From Nemertoderma westbladi (taxonomy: Eukaryota; Animalia; Xenacoelomorpha): DNA of 64,000 nucleotides. Made by a program: the position numbers and the translations under genes. The stretch lies in assembly GCA_032718475.1 (NCBI GenBank), contig JAUCBJ010003773.1, positions 62,001 to 126,000 of the forward strand, in the 5' to 3' direction. Positions 52,620-64,000 of this stretch are shown here, piece after piece (positions within the stretch are counted from its first letter, which is position 1; every line of letters starts with the position of its first letter). The notes under the pieces are model-generated. The model saw nothing but the letters and a program-made list of their open reading frames with translations, was not told the DNA's origin and ran no database searches.

Positions 52620-53200
52620 TTAATCTGGTAGCAGAACCCATGGATCACAAGGAAAATATGTTGCAGATTTCGAAATTTTGAGAGAGTTTAAAATTTGATT
52701 ACAGGTTAGAAGAAAATATCTTCTTCAAAGTTGATCTTTTAAATAAAAGTCAATAAAAGTAAAAGGAAATCGAACAGCTGTAGATGATTCAACTGTTGAT
52801 TGATATAAATGATTTTCATTCTCTCTGGATTTATCTAACGAACCCAGAATTTGCAGGCTTGAGGTAAAATGTGGTTGAAAGACCCTCCCCCACACGTATC
52901 ACAACCAAATCTAGAAAGGACTAGGAGCCATGTTCCTCCATCTCAATGGTACACTATTGAGATTGGGATGGAGGGCATTGACCTCTTTCGTCTTCTTTGG
53001 AGTTTGGAGCCCTCAGTGAGATGCTTGTCGAACTGTGACATAAGGTTGACTGTTGATTGTGTATGGGACCCAATGGATTCCCCATGTCGACACAATCTAT
53101 CACACAGACGTAGTTAGCATGGTGACCTATGTATACAACATCCTTGATAATTAAGTGAATGAGATGTTCTTTTCTGTAGATAAACAGCCTATTTGCTTGC
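52620..53200 (-). mobile_element. Degenerate Penelope-like RT fragment
   Basis: DCVDMGNPLGP (~53065-53098; compare DGVAMGSPLGP), NALHPNL, SFLDL, TTFYLKPA (compare TVYRKPT), in shifted frames. Confidence 0.7.
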
Positions 53201-54889
53201 TGTACAAGTAGGTAGGTTAGGTGTAGGTGTGATTTTTACCCTCATTTTTGCTCAATTGATTTAATTATAATTGTTCCATCATATTATGCAAACTATGTTA
53301 TCTGAAAATATATTTTAATTCTGATTCAATGGATAACTTAGTTACATATTATATATTTGATTAATAATCAATTATACTATTTATATATGACATAGCGGTA
53401 GAGAGCCCGTAGGCAGGTTGGTCAAGCAATCATTTTATCAGTTACAGTTCAGTGCAATTTAACTTATATCTCCAAATCGCATAATATATACTGGTAGTAA
53501 TTTGTTTGAAAGGAGGTGCCAAAATGAAGTGTACTAATTGTTAAGTGTTTACAATGCTAAAGTCCAGATTAAATAATTTAGAGATAATTCGAAATCCTAA
53601 GTACTTGTTTAATACAAACATTTACGATTTATTTTATTCAATATTATATTTAATAAATACGAAGAAGTATAATAATCCTCAAAACTATTCCGTGATGTTT
53701 TATTTCGTAATGTTAGAGATGGTGTTAAACGGACTTTAACAAATTGTTATTTAATTATTTTATTTTTTTTTTATTTATATAGTTAATTACTTGGAATTAT
53801 CTTGAATACTTTGAGGTTCATAGACGTTTTTTCACTTTATTGTCGAGGTCAACATTATGAGTAACTCGGGATCGCAGGTTAGTTTGATGGCTTTAGAGCA
53901 TTTTCTGTCATCATTGATTTGTTTAGCAATAAACGGCAGTGAAATATAACGGCAGAAAGTCTGGTATTCTTCACATGGGACAGTTACCCCCATGTAAAGA
54001 ATACCAGGTTTTCACCAAAACCACAGGTTACAGAAGGGCTGAATCTAACCAAAACAATAAACGAATTAGTATATGTACAGGTTATAAGACAGAAATAAGC
54101 GCTATAAAACACTTAATAAAGATAAATTAAAAAAAATAAAAAATCTTCATATATAAAAAAAAAATAAAAAGTCGACCGAAAAGTGAAATCCTGGTATTCT
54201 TCACATAGGCGATAAAATCATTATTAATCTATTTGAGTTTGAGATAATATAATGTTGTGAATATGATTTTAGGTTGTCAATATTTTGAAGTTGAATTTGT
54301 TGGATTTAAAAAGAACCAAAACTGTAATTTTTTTTATTGTTTTACATATCATCATAGCCTTTGTTTAGTTTAGCTCCTGTTTTAAGTATTACGGGTATGA
54401 AGGGAGGGTCCTAACCTCAATATTATATTGTTGAAGTTTTGAACAGAATAGATGATAGTAACCAAAAGCATTACCCTCAGGTTTATTGACACTGCCTCCA
54501 AGCGGTTGATGAAATACCATGTTTTTAATAATTAGATGGGTAGAGCAGTTTATGACTTTGCCAAAGTAATTGGCTTAGTTTTTCCGTGTTTGCGAGTAAG
54601 GCAGACTACCATATAACTACATCCATATGGGTTGGGTTTTGCCTCGAGTATTGCCAGTTTCTGTCCCAGTAGAACAGCCAGATAAACAACATATCTCTAG
54701 CATATTTTTATTTCGCCAGAGAGAGCCCAGATGTTTCAATTCAATTATTGCTCTTTAAACCACAATAAATTGTGAGTCTTCGAAAATATAAATATTATGA
54801 AATTATTTATATCCATTTATTTGTGAAGCGTTTTTAAATTTTAGTTACATCGCGCAACGCCACACCGCCACAGTTCGCGATCAGCCATG

Positions 54890-55480
54890 TAGACCCCAAT
54901 TGATCTGCATTAGCAAGACCAAACAGTGTCTTTCAGGGAGAGTTTCAGGAATGACCATGTTTCTTCTTGCCAGTCGGGTCGCATATAAAAAGATCATATG
55001 CGCTCAGTCCCACTACAACATCACTGGTGGAAGAAAACTCATCCTTCGTGTTTTTACCAAGATTGTATGTATATTGCCTGACGATAAAGTAGTATCAAGT
55101 AGTATCAAGTAGTAAGCAGTATCCTGGTGTGCGCACCATCAAGGGATCTGATTTCTTTTGCAGTAAGAGAAAAGCCCAACATGGACTGCATCAAGGGGTT
55201 TACAGCTGCCTGGAATAGATTCACCTTCAGATAATGTTTTGATTCCAGTTGATGCATAAACCCTTGATGTTTACTTAATGGTACATTTCCGAAACAAAAA
55301 TCCTTGGTAGCCTACATCGCCAACAAGGCAATCCACCATCCATTGACTGAGCACACTAACAGCCTCTGACCCGCTGGGTGCTATCTATCTTGCTCTTTGT
55401 ATTAAGTGTATTGGTTGTTTCCTCTACCTCTACAACCACTGGCTGGTTGAAGAAGCAGAGACAATCGCAGCACATAGTCC
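54890..55480 (-). mobile_element. Old degenerate RTE-type LINE 3' fragment
   Basis: LKVNLFQAAVNP...LTAKEIRSLDGAHTRIL and DPTGKKKHG align with the RTE copy at 29420-29942. Confidence 0.6.
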
Positions 55481-57808
55481 ACCACAATAATGGTGAGCTG
55501 TAAACCTTTAAGTACACCCGAGGGTACTTCAAATGGATCTTATCTCCATCTGTCCAACGATTTGTGCCACCACAAATACAATATACAATTTGCCTGTAAA
55601 GTGGAGGTCGCTTTGTTTAAATGGCAAGCTTGGGGGAATAACATGCGACTGATGCCAGCTCATTCCCTGTGATTGATAAGTTAACTTTGAGACGTGATAT
55701 TCATTCGAGGATTCATGGGATTTGCGTCCAGTCACCCCCCCTCCCCCCCCCCCCCCCCTGTCTACCTCACAGATAATTGATTAATAATCCGCAGAAGTGT
55801 TAGTATGGTACAGTGTTCTATTTCGGCTATCGTTTTCACAATAAAAACTCAATACTCATCTATGGGAAGTACTTAGCGTGAACTTCTGCTGTGAAAATTA
55901 ACGGCAAATTCAATCTGCCGTGAACTCATGTCGTGAAGAAGTTCACCACAGGTTGAATTTGCCGTCAATTTTCAGTATATTCATTCGTTCATTATATGAT
56001 ATTATCCACTACAATAGAAGTAGCTACCAGACACCAGTTGCAACAATTCCTAATTAATTTTTATTGCTACCATGACGGGTTGGCTCCATCTACCGTATCG
56101 GAGCCGCAGACACTAATATTGTAATAACTTTTGAGTGTGTTGTTGATTGGTGAATGGGGTGAAGGGTTAATAATATTAATAAAAAACGCTTTGTTTTTTT
56201 TATTGCTTTTTGTAGGTCTGGGAAGGGGGGCCGTTGTGATTAATAAAAAGGACAATACAATTTAATGATGGCTCCATATCGCTTTCCTTAATTAAACAGT
56301 GCTGCTACATTGTCTTGATTTCGAATCCGCTACGTCACATAGTCAATGTATTGAAACGGAGCGGGAACAACGTTGATTTGCGCTTAATAATCAGATTAAA
56401 TAGAAAAATATTAATTAGTTTATTTCATTATTTCCAAACCCCTTGATGTATTAATTAACTTGTTTGTTTTGATTGTAATAATCTAAAACTGAATTAACCA
56501 TGTGTTTGTGCTTGTGCTTGTTCATGTAGCGAGCATGTCCTTGCGGACAAACTATGAAACAAACAATATGGTTTGTAGCCACCCAACATCATGCTGGTAC
56601 ACGTATTGGGATGTTCCTGCCATTGTATTTGATTAATTGCTAGTAATCTTCTATAGCAGCTGTAAGTCGCGGAGAGTAACATTCACTCAATATGCCTCAA
56701 ATATCGACCGCCAACACCCAAATCACATGCAATAATGTAAGCGCTATCGATTCGTGCACCTGAGCAATTTAGTGCATCAGGGCAGAATCGACAAAGTCTC
56801 ATTCATCGAATATTGAATATTCAAATTTAATATGATAATATTTAATACACAATATATTTTTATATAAGCGACGTAGTTTACATGCTCAGAGAAAAAATAT
56901 AAAGAAATAAAATAATAATACAATTTAAAGTTAATAATGCGCATAATGCGCATACGGTAACATTTACATATTTTTATACTCGTGGCAAGACCCTCTACAC
57001 CCCCAACAGATTCTCCACCGCCGGAGTATACCTGAAAGTATTTTAACTAATTTAGTGGTAGACGCACTTCATACCTGTATAACCTGATGAAAGTGTTTTT
57101 CAATAAAATCCTGTATTTAGATGTTTCATTGTTATTTATAACTTAATTTGTAAATAATAAAGGAATATAACAGTTATATGCCGTTTTATTTATGAATTAC
57201 TATTATCTATACTATATCTGGTACTAACTATGAGTTGAGTACCAGTTAAATATCTATCTATAAATAAGCTTGCTACTATTATCGAATTTTATGTAATAAT
57301 GGGGGCCATAACACGCAATACAAATTTTTCAGGAAGACTTTTTAAAAATTTACATCTTAATGTAATGTCAGGGGGCGCATGGTGATGTTAGTTAGATGTG
57401 GGTTAAAGGATGTTACTGAATTAGGACACTCTTATTCACCAGGACATGGTGTACGTGCTCATACAGTTGAGTGATTATACTCATGTCATTTTGAAACATA
57501 GTCTTAGCATTGTCTTGGTGTTTAACATTTGGAGCTGATATTTACATGTATTCTATTCCGTGTGTATACGAACCTGATTGAGAAGGATAAACCGAATATG
57601 TGTCGGTAATTATATTATAATGATGCAGCCTGTTACGTATTAAATACACCTACCTCACTTGGGTTTTGGTTACAAGTTACAGCACGAAGGATCCCATGGG
57701 ATGCGTGTATATACAAAAATGGATGGATGAAGGACAATTATTTCATCCTGGAAAAGTTAATATAATGTAGTTTTACCAAATTCCAAATTTGTTAAATCCA
57801 CAATCCGT

Positions 57809-59501
57809 CCACAGCACACCGTGCCCCACGCACAGCACATCGAGCCCCACCCACAGCACATCGAGCCGCACCCACAGCACGTTTAGCCCCACCCACATCA
57901 CATCGAGCCCCACTCACAGCACATCGAGCCCCACCCACAGCACATTGAACCCCACCCACAGCACATCGAGCCCCACCCACAGCACATCGAGCCGCACCCA
58001 CAGCACGTTTAGCCCCAGCCACAGCACATCGAGCCCCACTCACAGCACATCGTGCCCCACCCACAGCACATCGAGTCCCACCCACAGCACATCGTGCCCC
58101 ACCCAAAGCACACCGTGCCCACTCACAGCACATCGAACGCCATCCACAGCACATCGAGCCCCACCCACAGCACATCGAACGCCACCCACAGCACATCGAG
58201 CCCCACCCACAGCACATCGAGCCGCACCCACAGCACGTTTAGCCCCACCCACAGCAGATCGAGCCCCATCCACAGCACATCGAGCCCCACTCACAGCACA
58301 TCGAACCCCACCCAAAGCACATCGAATCCCACCCACAGCACATCGAGCCCCACCCACAGCACATCGAGCCGCACCCACAGCACGTTTAGCCCCACCCACA
58401 GCACGTTTAGCCCCACCCACAGCACATCGAGCCGCACCCACAGCACGTTTAGCCCCACCCACAGCACATCGAGCCCCACTCACAGCGCATCGACCCCTAT
58501 CCACAGCACATCGAGCCCTACCCACAGCATATCGAGCCCCACCCACAGCACATCAAGCCGCACCACAGCACGTATAGCCCCACCCACAGCACATCGAGCC
58601 CCACCCACAGCACATCGAGCCCGACTCACAGCACATCGTGCCCCACCCACAGCACATCGAGTCCCACCAACAGCACATCGAGCCGCACCCACAGCACGTT
58701 TAGCCCCACCCAAGGCACATCGAGCCCCACCCACAGCACATCGAGCACCACTCACAGCACATCGTGCCCCACCCACAGCACATCGAGTCCCACCCACAGC
58801 ACATCGAACTCCACCCACAGCACATCGAGCCCCACCCACAGCACATCGAACGCCACCCACAGCACATCGAGCCCCACCCACAGCACATCGAGGCGCACCC
58901 ACAGCACGTTTAGCCCCACCCACAGCACATCAAGCCCCACCCACAGCACATCGAGTCCCACCCACAGCACATCGAACTCCACCCAGAGCACATCGAGCCC
59001 CACCCACAGCACATCGAACGCCACCCACAGCACATCGAGCCCCACCCACAGCACATCGAGGCGCACCCACAGCACGTTTAGCCCCACCCACAGCACATCA
59101 AGCCCCACCCACAGCACATCGAGCCCCACCCACAGCACATCGAACGCCACCCACAGCACATCGAGCCACACCCACAGCACATCGAGCCCGACCCACAGCA
59201 CATCGTGCCCCACCCACAGCACATCGAGTCCCACCTACAGCACATCGTTCCCCACCCAAAGCACATCGTGCCCCACTCACAGCACATCGAACTCCACCCA
59301 CAGCACATCGAGCCCCACCCACAGCACATCGAACGCCACCCACAGCACATCGAGCCACACCCACAGCACATCGAGGCGCACCCACAGCACGTTTAGCCCC
59401 ACCCACAGCACATCGAGCCCCACTCACAGCACATCGAGCCCCACCCACAGCACATCGAACCCCACCCACAGCACATCGAGCCCCACCCACAGCACATCGT
59501 G
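57809..59501. repeat. 21-bp minisatellite (CCCACCCACAGCACATCGAGC) x ~80
   Basis: Direct tandem array with recurring variants (GCACGTTTAGCC, CATCGAACGCC). Confidence 0.97.
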
Positions 59502-59513
59502 TGACTTGAGTTG

Positions 59514-59694
59514 TGTCAAAGGTTATAAGGCATGGCCTAATATATATTCTGTATGTGATATATTGGTGGAGGTTGTCCGTACCGGTACGGTTATTCGGTC
59601 TTTTGTGTGTGGTTTGTATTCGGTCATATTGCTGGAGTATACTGTTATACAGTCAGAAGTTATTAGTAAAGAATTGGAATTAGTTATTTTGACA
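59514..59694 (+). repeat. 5' LTR of Copia element (181 bp)
   Basis: TGTCAAA...TTTGACA inverted termini directly before the PBS. The 3' LTR is outside the window, so the boundary is unconfirmed. Confidence 0.75.
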
Positions 59695-59695
59695 A

Positions 59696-59706
59696 TGGTA
59701 GCAGAG
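59696..59706 (+). promoter_or_regulatory. Primer-binding site, tRNA-iMet
   Basis: TGGTAGCAGAG, one base after the LTR end, is complementary to the 3' end of animal initiator tRNA-Met. Confidence 0.85.
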
Positions 59707-60106
59707 CGTTTTGTCGTCGTATGTATGTTGTAAATTAATTCCTGAATTGCAGAATTAATTGCTGTATTTTGGATCAATACTAGATTTGGATACCGTGTTG
59801 CCGGTAGGTTGCCGTGTATACCTAGATACACAGTACCGGTAGTACACGGCCGTATACAGTAAATCAGTAAATGCTGAAATGTTCAGACTGCGGTAGGCGG
59901 CTTATCCACGGATTGACAGATCCGAATGACAGTTCTATGGTAATAATTAAATTTATCTAGCTGCTAGCCCACCACTGTAGCAGTGTAGGGCTATTGAATT
60001 TATTTATAATAGGCCTACTGCTGCATGTTTAACAATAAAGTTCTATTGGACTAGGCCTAGCAGAATCAGCCTACAGGCTTAGGCCTACTCAAACTGCGAT
60101 ACCGGT

Positions 60107-61381
60107 ATGTCTGAAGGCGAATGTCGGCGTAAGCCGCCTAAACTAGAGAAAGACTATAAAGAATGGGTCAAACTTGTTAGGATGTGGTCTAGAGTAACAA
60201 CTGTTAAAAAGAAAAATCAGGCCTATGAGGTTATTCTGTCATTCCCGGATGGAGAGGCACGATCTGCATGTGTGGCAATAGATGATGCAGAATTAGATTC
60301 TGAGGTAGGCCTTGAGGCAATTGTGAAAGAATTGGATAAACTGTACCTTAAAGACGAACAAACACAGGGGTATGAGGCATGGATAAAATTAAAATCATTC
60401 GCCAAAACAACTGACATAAATTTCCAGGGATATTGCAGTCAGTTTTCTAGGCTGAGAAAGGAAGCAAAGGAATTTGATGTAGAGGTAAGTGAAACCACTT
60501 TTGCCTACATGTTGCTTGATAGTGCGGGTTTGGGAAAACAACAAAGGCTGTTAGTTTTGTCAGTTGCAATGAGTGCTGCCCATGGTGCTAAAGTAAGTCC
60601 AAATCATGTGGAATCTGCACTAAGACGGTTAACAAATTCGATTAAAGGCAAAGACGAAGAGGATGTACTACAAACAGCTTGTTTTGAGGACAACGAGACT
60701 GAAGTTGTAAGTGATAATGAATTTGATGTTTCTGAATATCAAAAATGGTTTCATGGATTAACAGAACAAGATAGAGCTCAAGTTTTTGAATCAGCATTTA
60801 TTTCCGATCAAGGTACCGGTAGGTCAAAGCGATTACAGAGGAATTATTTCGTAGGCCGCTCGAGAGTTCCATATCAACGCTATTCTCGGGGTAATGCTTC
60901 TTTAAATTACATTAGGGAACCGAACCCCATAGATAAAAGGTCAAATGAACCTATGAAGTGTTTGAGTTGCGGAAGTATTTACCATTTAATCAAGAACTGC
61001 AACTCCAAATACCGTAATGAATATGTAAACATTAGTACTGGAAATGGCAATAACTCTGCAGATTCAATGAATAGAAAAGAAAGAAATGAAATTGCTGAAG
61101 ACATATATCATATTGAGAGCACCTTTGCTATGATTGGTGGAATGGATTGTGATTCAGAGTGCTGGGCAATTATTGATTCAGCAGCAACAAAATCTGTTTG
61201 TGGTACAATATGGTACAATAAATTTCGATCTATATTATTCAACAAATTCGGATTGGTTCCTGAGGAATCCAAAACAACATCTGTATATAAATTCGGTCAT
61301 GGAGGGATACGAAATGCAGTATTTTCCTCAAAGTTACCTATATATCTCTATGGAAAAAGCCAAAAACGTGTTTGCCATTAG
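60107..61381 (+). CDS. gag: Copia gag plus N-terminal protease
   Basis: PPKLEKDYKEWVK..W; CLSCGSIYHLIKNC knuckle; AIIDSAATKSVCG protease motif. Confidence 0.85.
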   Translation: MSEGECRRKPPKLEKDYKEWVKLVRMWSRVTTVKKKNQAYEVILSFPDGEARSACVAIDDAELDSEVGLEAIVKELDKLYLKDEQTQGYEAWIKLKSFAKTTDINFQGYCSQFSRLRKEAKEFDVEVSETTFAYMLLDSAGLGKQQRLLVLSVAMSAAHGAKVSPNHVESALRRLTNSIKGKDEEDVLQTACFEDNETEVVSDNEFDVSEYQKWFHGLTEQDRAQVFESAFISDQGTGRSKRLQRNYFVGRSRVPYQRYSRGNASLNYIREPNPIDKRSNEPMKCLSCGSIYHLIKNCNSKYRNEYVNISTGNGNNSADSMNRKERNEIAEDIYHIESTFAMIGGMDCDSECWAIIDSAATKSVCGTIWYNKFRSILFNKFGLVPEESKTTSVYKFGHGGIRNAVFSSKLPIYLYGKSQKRVCH

Positions 61382-62619
61382 CTGAGGTTTTTAACAGCTG
61401 CATAGCAATGGATTTAACTGATTGGATTAACCCAAACGACTGCCAGAAATATAAACTTTTGCATATTATAGACATAGCTACAAGATATTCAGTTGCTCAG
61501 TTTGTTAAGGATAAGAATCCCGAGAGTATTATTGCAGGAATCTGTAAGCGGTGGGTGAGTGTATTTGGTCCGCCAATGCATTTTTTCCATGATAATGGTG
61601 GTGAATTTACAGCATATGTTATTCTCAGACTTGAACAAAAATTCAATTGTAAAGATGTTTCTACTGCTGCTTATTCTCCGTTTAGTAACGGAATTTGCGA
61701 GAGGCATAATGGATTGCTAAAGGAAACCTTAACAAAAACAGTTCTTTCAGATAAAACCATTTCAGTAAGTTTGGCTTTAGATTATTCGATATATGCTAAG
61801 AACTGTTTATATGATAGTGATGGTTTCTCGCCTAGTCAAAGAGTCTTTGGTAGAAATCCTAGAGTACCTTTGTTAGAAGAAGATGATTTGTTTCAAGTGC
61901 AAGCATCCGATAAGTGTGATTGGGATGATCCTATTCGTGACCAAATGAATGTTCTGTTTACCACTCGCAAGGCTTATATTTCTTCTGAGGCAAGTCGAAG
62001 ACTGAAAACTGCTTTAACTCATAAGGTCACCACTCCGAGTGAGAATGTATCATCTGGACAAATTGTTTATTACTGGAGAGACAACGTTTCAAAAGAAAAG
62101 CGAGGTTGGAAGGGGCCAGGCATTGTAATAGGTCGAGATGGACCTACAATTCTCGTTAAACATGGTATAAACGTTATTAGAATTCACAGAATTCATATTA
62201 GAAAGTCAGAACCTATCAATGATGACGAAAGTTGCTGTGATGAAGATTATTGTAATAATAATAAAATGGATGAGAGTGAAAGAGTGAAGAAACTAACAAA
62301 TGCTGTTATTAATCTAGATAATAATGGAGATGATGTGACAATTCCTTTACCAGTAGTTGGTGAAAATAAACAAATTTTGTCGAAAACTGTTGATGTTGAC
62401 CTTGAGGGAGGCATACAGAATACAGCTGATAGAGTTGAAGGTGGTGCTAAAGATTTATCAACACATACATTATCGAGGGAGGTAAAGAATTTAAAAATAG
62501 ATTCTAAACATTTTGATGAAATGGGTGGTTTACAACGTTCACAGCGAACTAGATTACCTCCGAAAGTGTATGGTATTGATGAAGTCTTGGAAACATCTTG
62601 TTGTTTGATCCTGAATTAG
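61372..62619 (+). CDS. Copia integrase core (HHCC finger missing)
   Basis: AMDL, HIIDIATRYS, HDNGGEF, YSPFSNGICERHN, WKGPGIVIGRDG. Confidence 0.88.
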   Translation: MPLAEVFNSCIAMDLTDWINPNDCQKYKLLHIIDIATRYSVAQFVKDKNPESIIAGICKRWVSVFGPPMHFFHDNGGEFTAYVILRLEQKFNCKDVSTAAYSPFSNGICERHNGLLKETLTKTVLSDKTISVSLALDYSIYAKNCLYDSDGFSPSQRVFGRNPRVPLLEEDDLFQVQASDKCDWDDPIRDQMNVLFTTRKAYISSEASRRLKTALTHKVTTPSENVSSGQIVYYWRDNVSKEKRGWKGPGIVIGRDGPTILVKHGINVIRIHRIHIRKSEPINDDESCCDEDYCNNNKMDESERVKKLTNAVINLDNNGDDVTIPLPVVGENKQILSKTVDVDLEGGIQNTADRVEGGAKDLSTHTLSREVKNLKIDSKHFDEMGGLQRSQRTRLPPKVYGIDEVLETSCCLILN

Positions 62620-64000
62620 TAATGGAAGCAAAGCTGAAGGAATTGGAGAATTGGAGAGAATTTAAAGTCATTGAGGAAGTTTCTGTTTCGAAAAACACAG
62701 TTCCTTTAATATCATCCAGATTTGTTATTACTGAAAAATCAGAAAGTGCAGGAGAGGAGACCCATATCAAGGCACGGTTAGTTATCAGAGGCTTTCAGGA
62801 TAACAAAAATGATATTGAAACGACTATGTCTCCGACAATAGACAAAGGTGTATTGCGTTTGGTGTTATCCTTGTTGCCTACCTTAAATTGGAAACCAAAA
62901 TCGATAGATATAAGACGAGCTTTTTTGCAGAGCCCACTAGACCGAAATGTTTATGTGATACCACCTAAGGAGGCAAATGTACCTGAAGGTAATTGTTGGA
63001 AACTCAAGAAAGCTGCCTATGGGTTAGCAGATGCTCCTCGTAAATTTTATGAGAAAGTCCTTAGTATAATGACTGAGATTGGAATGGAGCAGAGTAGGGA
63101 TGATCCCTGTTTATTTTTCTGTATTAAGGACAACAAGCTTGAAGGACTATTATGTATATATGTAGACGATTTTATTTATGGAGGTTCATATGAATTTGAA
63201 GAGAGAATAATTGGAAACATAAGAAAGAAACTGTTGGTTGGTGAGGAAAATATATCAAATCATCTGAAATTTGTTGGAATGGATATTCGTACAGAAAGTT
63301 GTGGGGATTCTTTTGAATTACATGTTTCACAGATCAATTATATTGATGGAATACATCAGATTAACTTACCTAAAAGACCCGATGATAGTGTCTTGCTCAA
63401 AGAAGAAGTAAGGGAATTGAGATCATTAATTGGAGCATTACAATGGTCTGCCACAGTAACACGACCGGATCTATCATATGGTGTATCAAATATCATGTCT
63501 CAGGTTGAAAATGCTACTGTAAAAACTCTGAAAGAAGCAAATAAACTTCTTAGAAGATGTAAAGCATTTTCCCCTTCAAAGATTGTGTACCAAAAATTGG
63601 AGGATCTTCCTGTTCTAGAATGTTATACAGATAGCAGCTTTGGAACTGGCCAAAATGGAAGTAGCCAGGGTGGAGTCATATTGGCGATGTCATCTGGAAA
63701 CAAATTTAATATAGTGACTTGGCAATCAAAAAAGATCCGACGTGTGGCACGTTCAACTTTCGCGGCTGAAACACTTGCAGCAGCTGATGGGATTGATATG
63801 TTGATGTTCTTGTCTGGTATTCTAAATGAGATTCATTTTCATGTTAAACAAAAGCGTTTGAATACTGACTCGCAAAGTTTGGTTGATCATCTAAAGAGTG
63901 CAGATAGCAATGTCACTGAAAAGCGCCTTCGAGTGGATCTTGGAGCATTAAGAGAGCTAACTGATGAGGTTGAAGTGAGATTCGTGCATACCAAACTCCA
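62607..64000 (+). CDS. Copia reverse transcriptase plus RNase H (partial; -1 frame relative to integrase)
   Basis: KARLVIRGFQ, DIRRAFLQ, LKKAAYGLADAPR, IYVDDF, TRPDL, YTDSSF, STFAAETLA, TDSQSL, EKRLRVD. Confidence 0.92.

Larger units (their letters stand above)
59514..64000 (+). mobile_element. Ty1/Copia LTR retrotransposon (GalEa-like), runs off the window
   Basis: LTR-PBS-gag-PR-IN-RT-RNaseH order; the clade assignment is from motif resemblance only. Confidence 0.92.

Noticed and set aside
57084-57110. Second hammerhead at CTGATGA
   Set aside because: No stem II followed by GAAA, and no stem I pairing.
57789-59509. Mucin-like or Pro/Thr/His-rich protein genes
   Set aside because: The ORFs arise in all frames on both strands from a 21-bp repeat and switch frame at single-base slips.

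Overview
Gene-poor, repeat-dense, AT-rich eukaryotic DNA, most likely from an invertebrate animal (inferred from the transposable element families present). No host protein-coding gene could be supported. The main feature is an 18.3-kb BEL/Pao-type LTR retrotransposon on the minus strand (2752-21055). It has ~2.17-kb LTRs and a stop-interrupted gag-pol. Its integrase core is missing and about 3.4 kb of unassigned coding sequence with twin CCHC knuckles lies in its place. It has no recognisable tRNA primer-binding site (PBS). It carries 11 dispersed copies of one 20-nt hairpin, conserved regardless of reading frame. Just upstream is a fold-back element with 107-bp inverted arms enclosing a tRNA-like Pol III head fused to a minimal type I hammerhead ribozyme. 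The rest of the window holds RTE, L2/CR1, CRE, Penelope and Gypsy fragments, a truncated LTR copy, a 70 x 50-bp satellite and a ~80 x 21-bp minisatellite. It ends in the 5' part of a Ty1/Copia (GalEa-like) element with LTR and tRNA-iMet PBS, which runs off the window end. All calls are from manual reading; no database searches were run.
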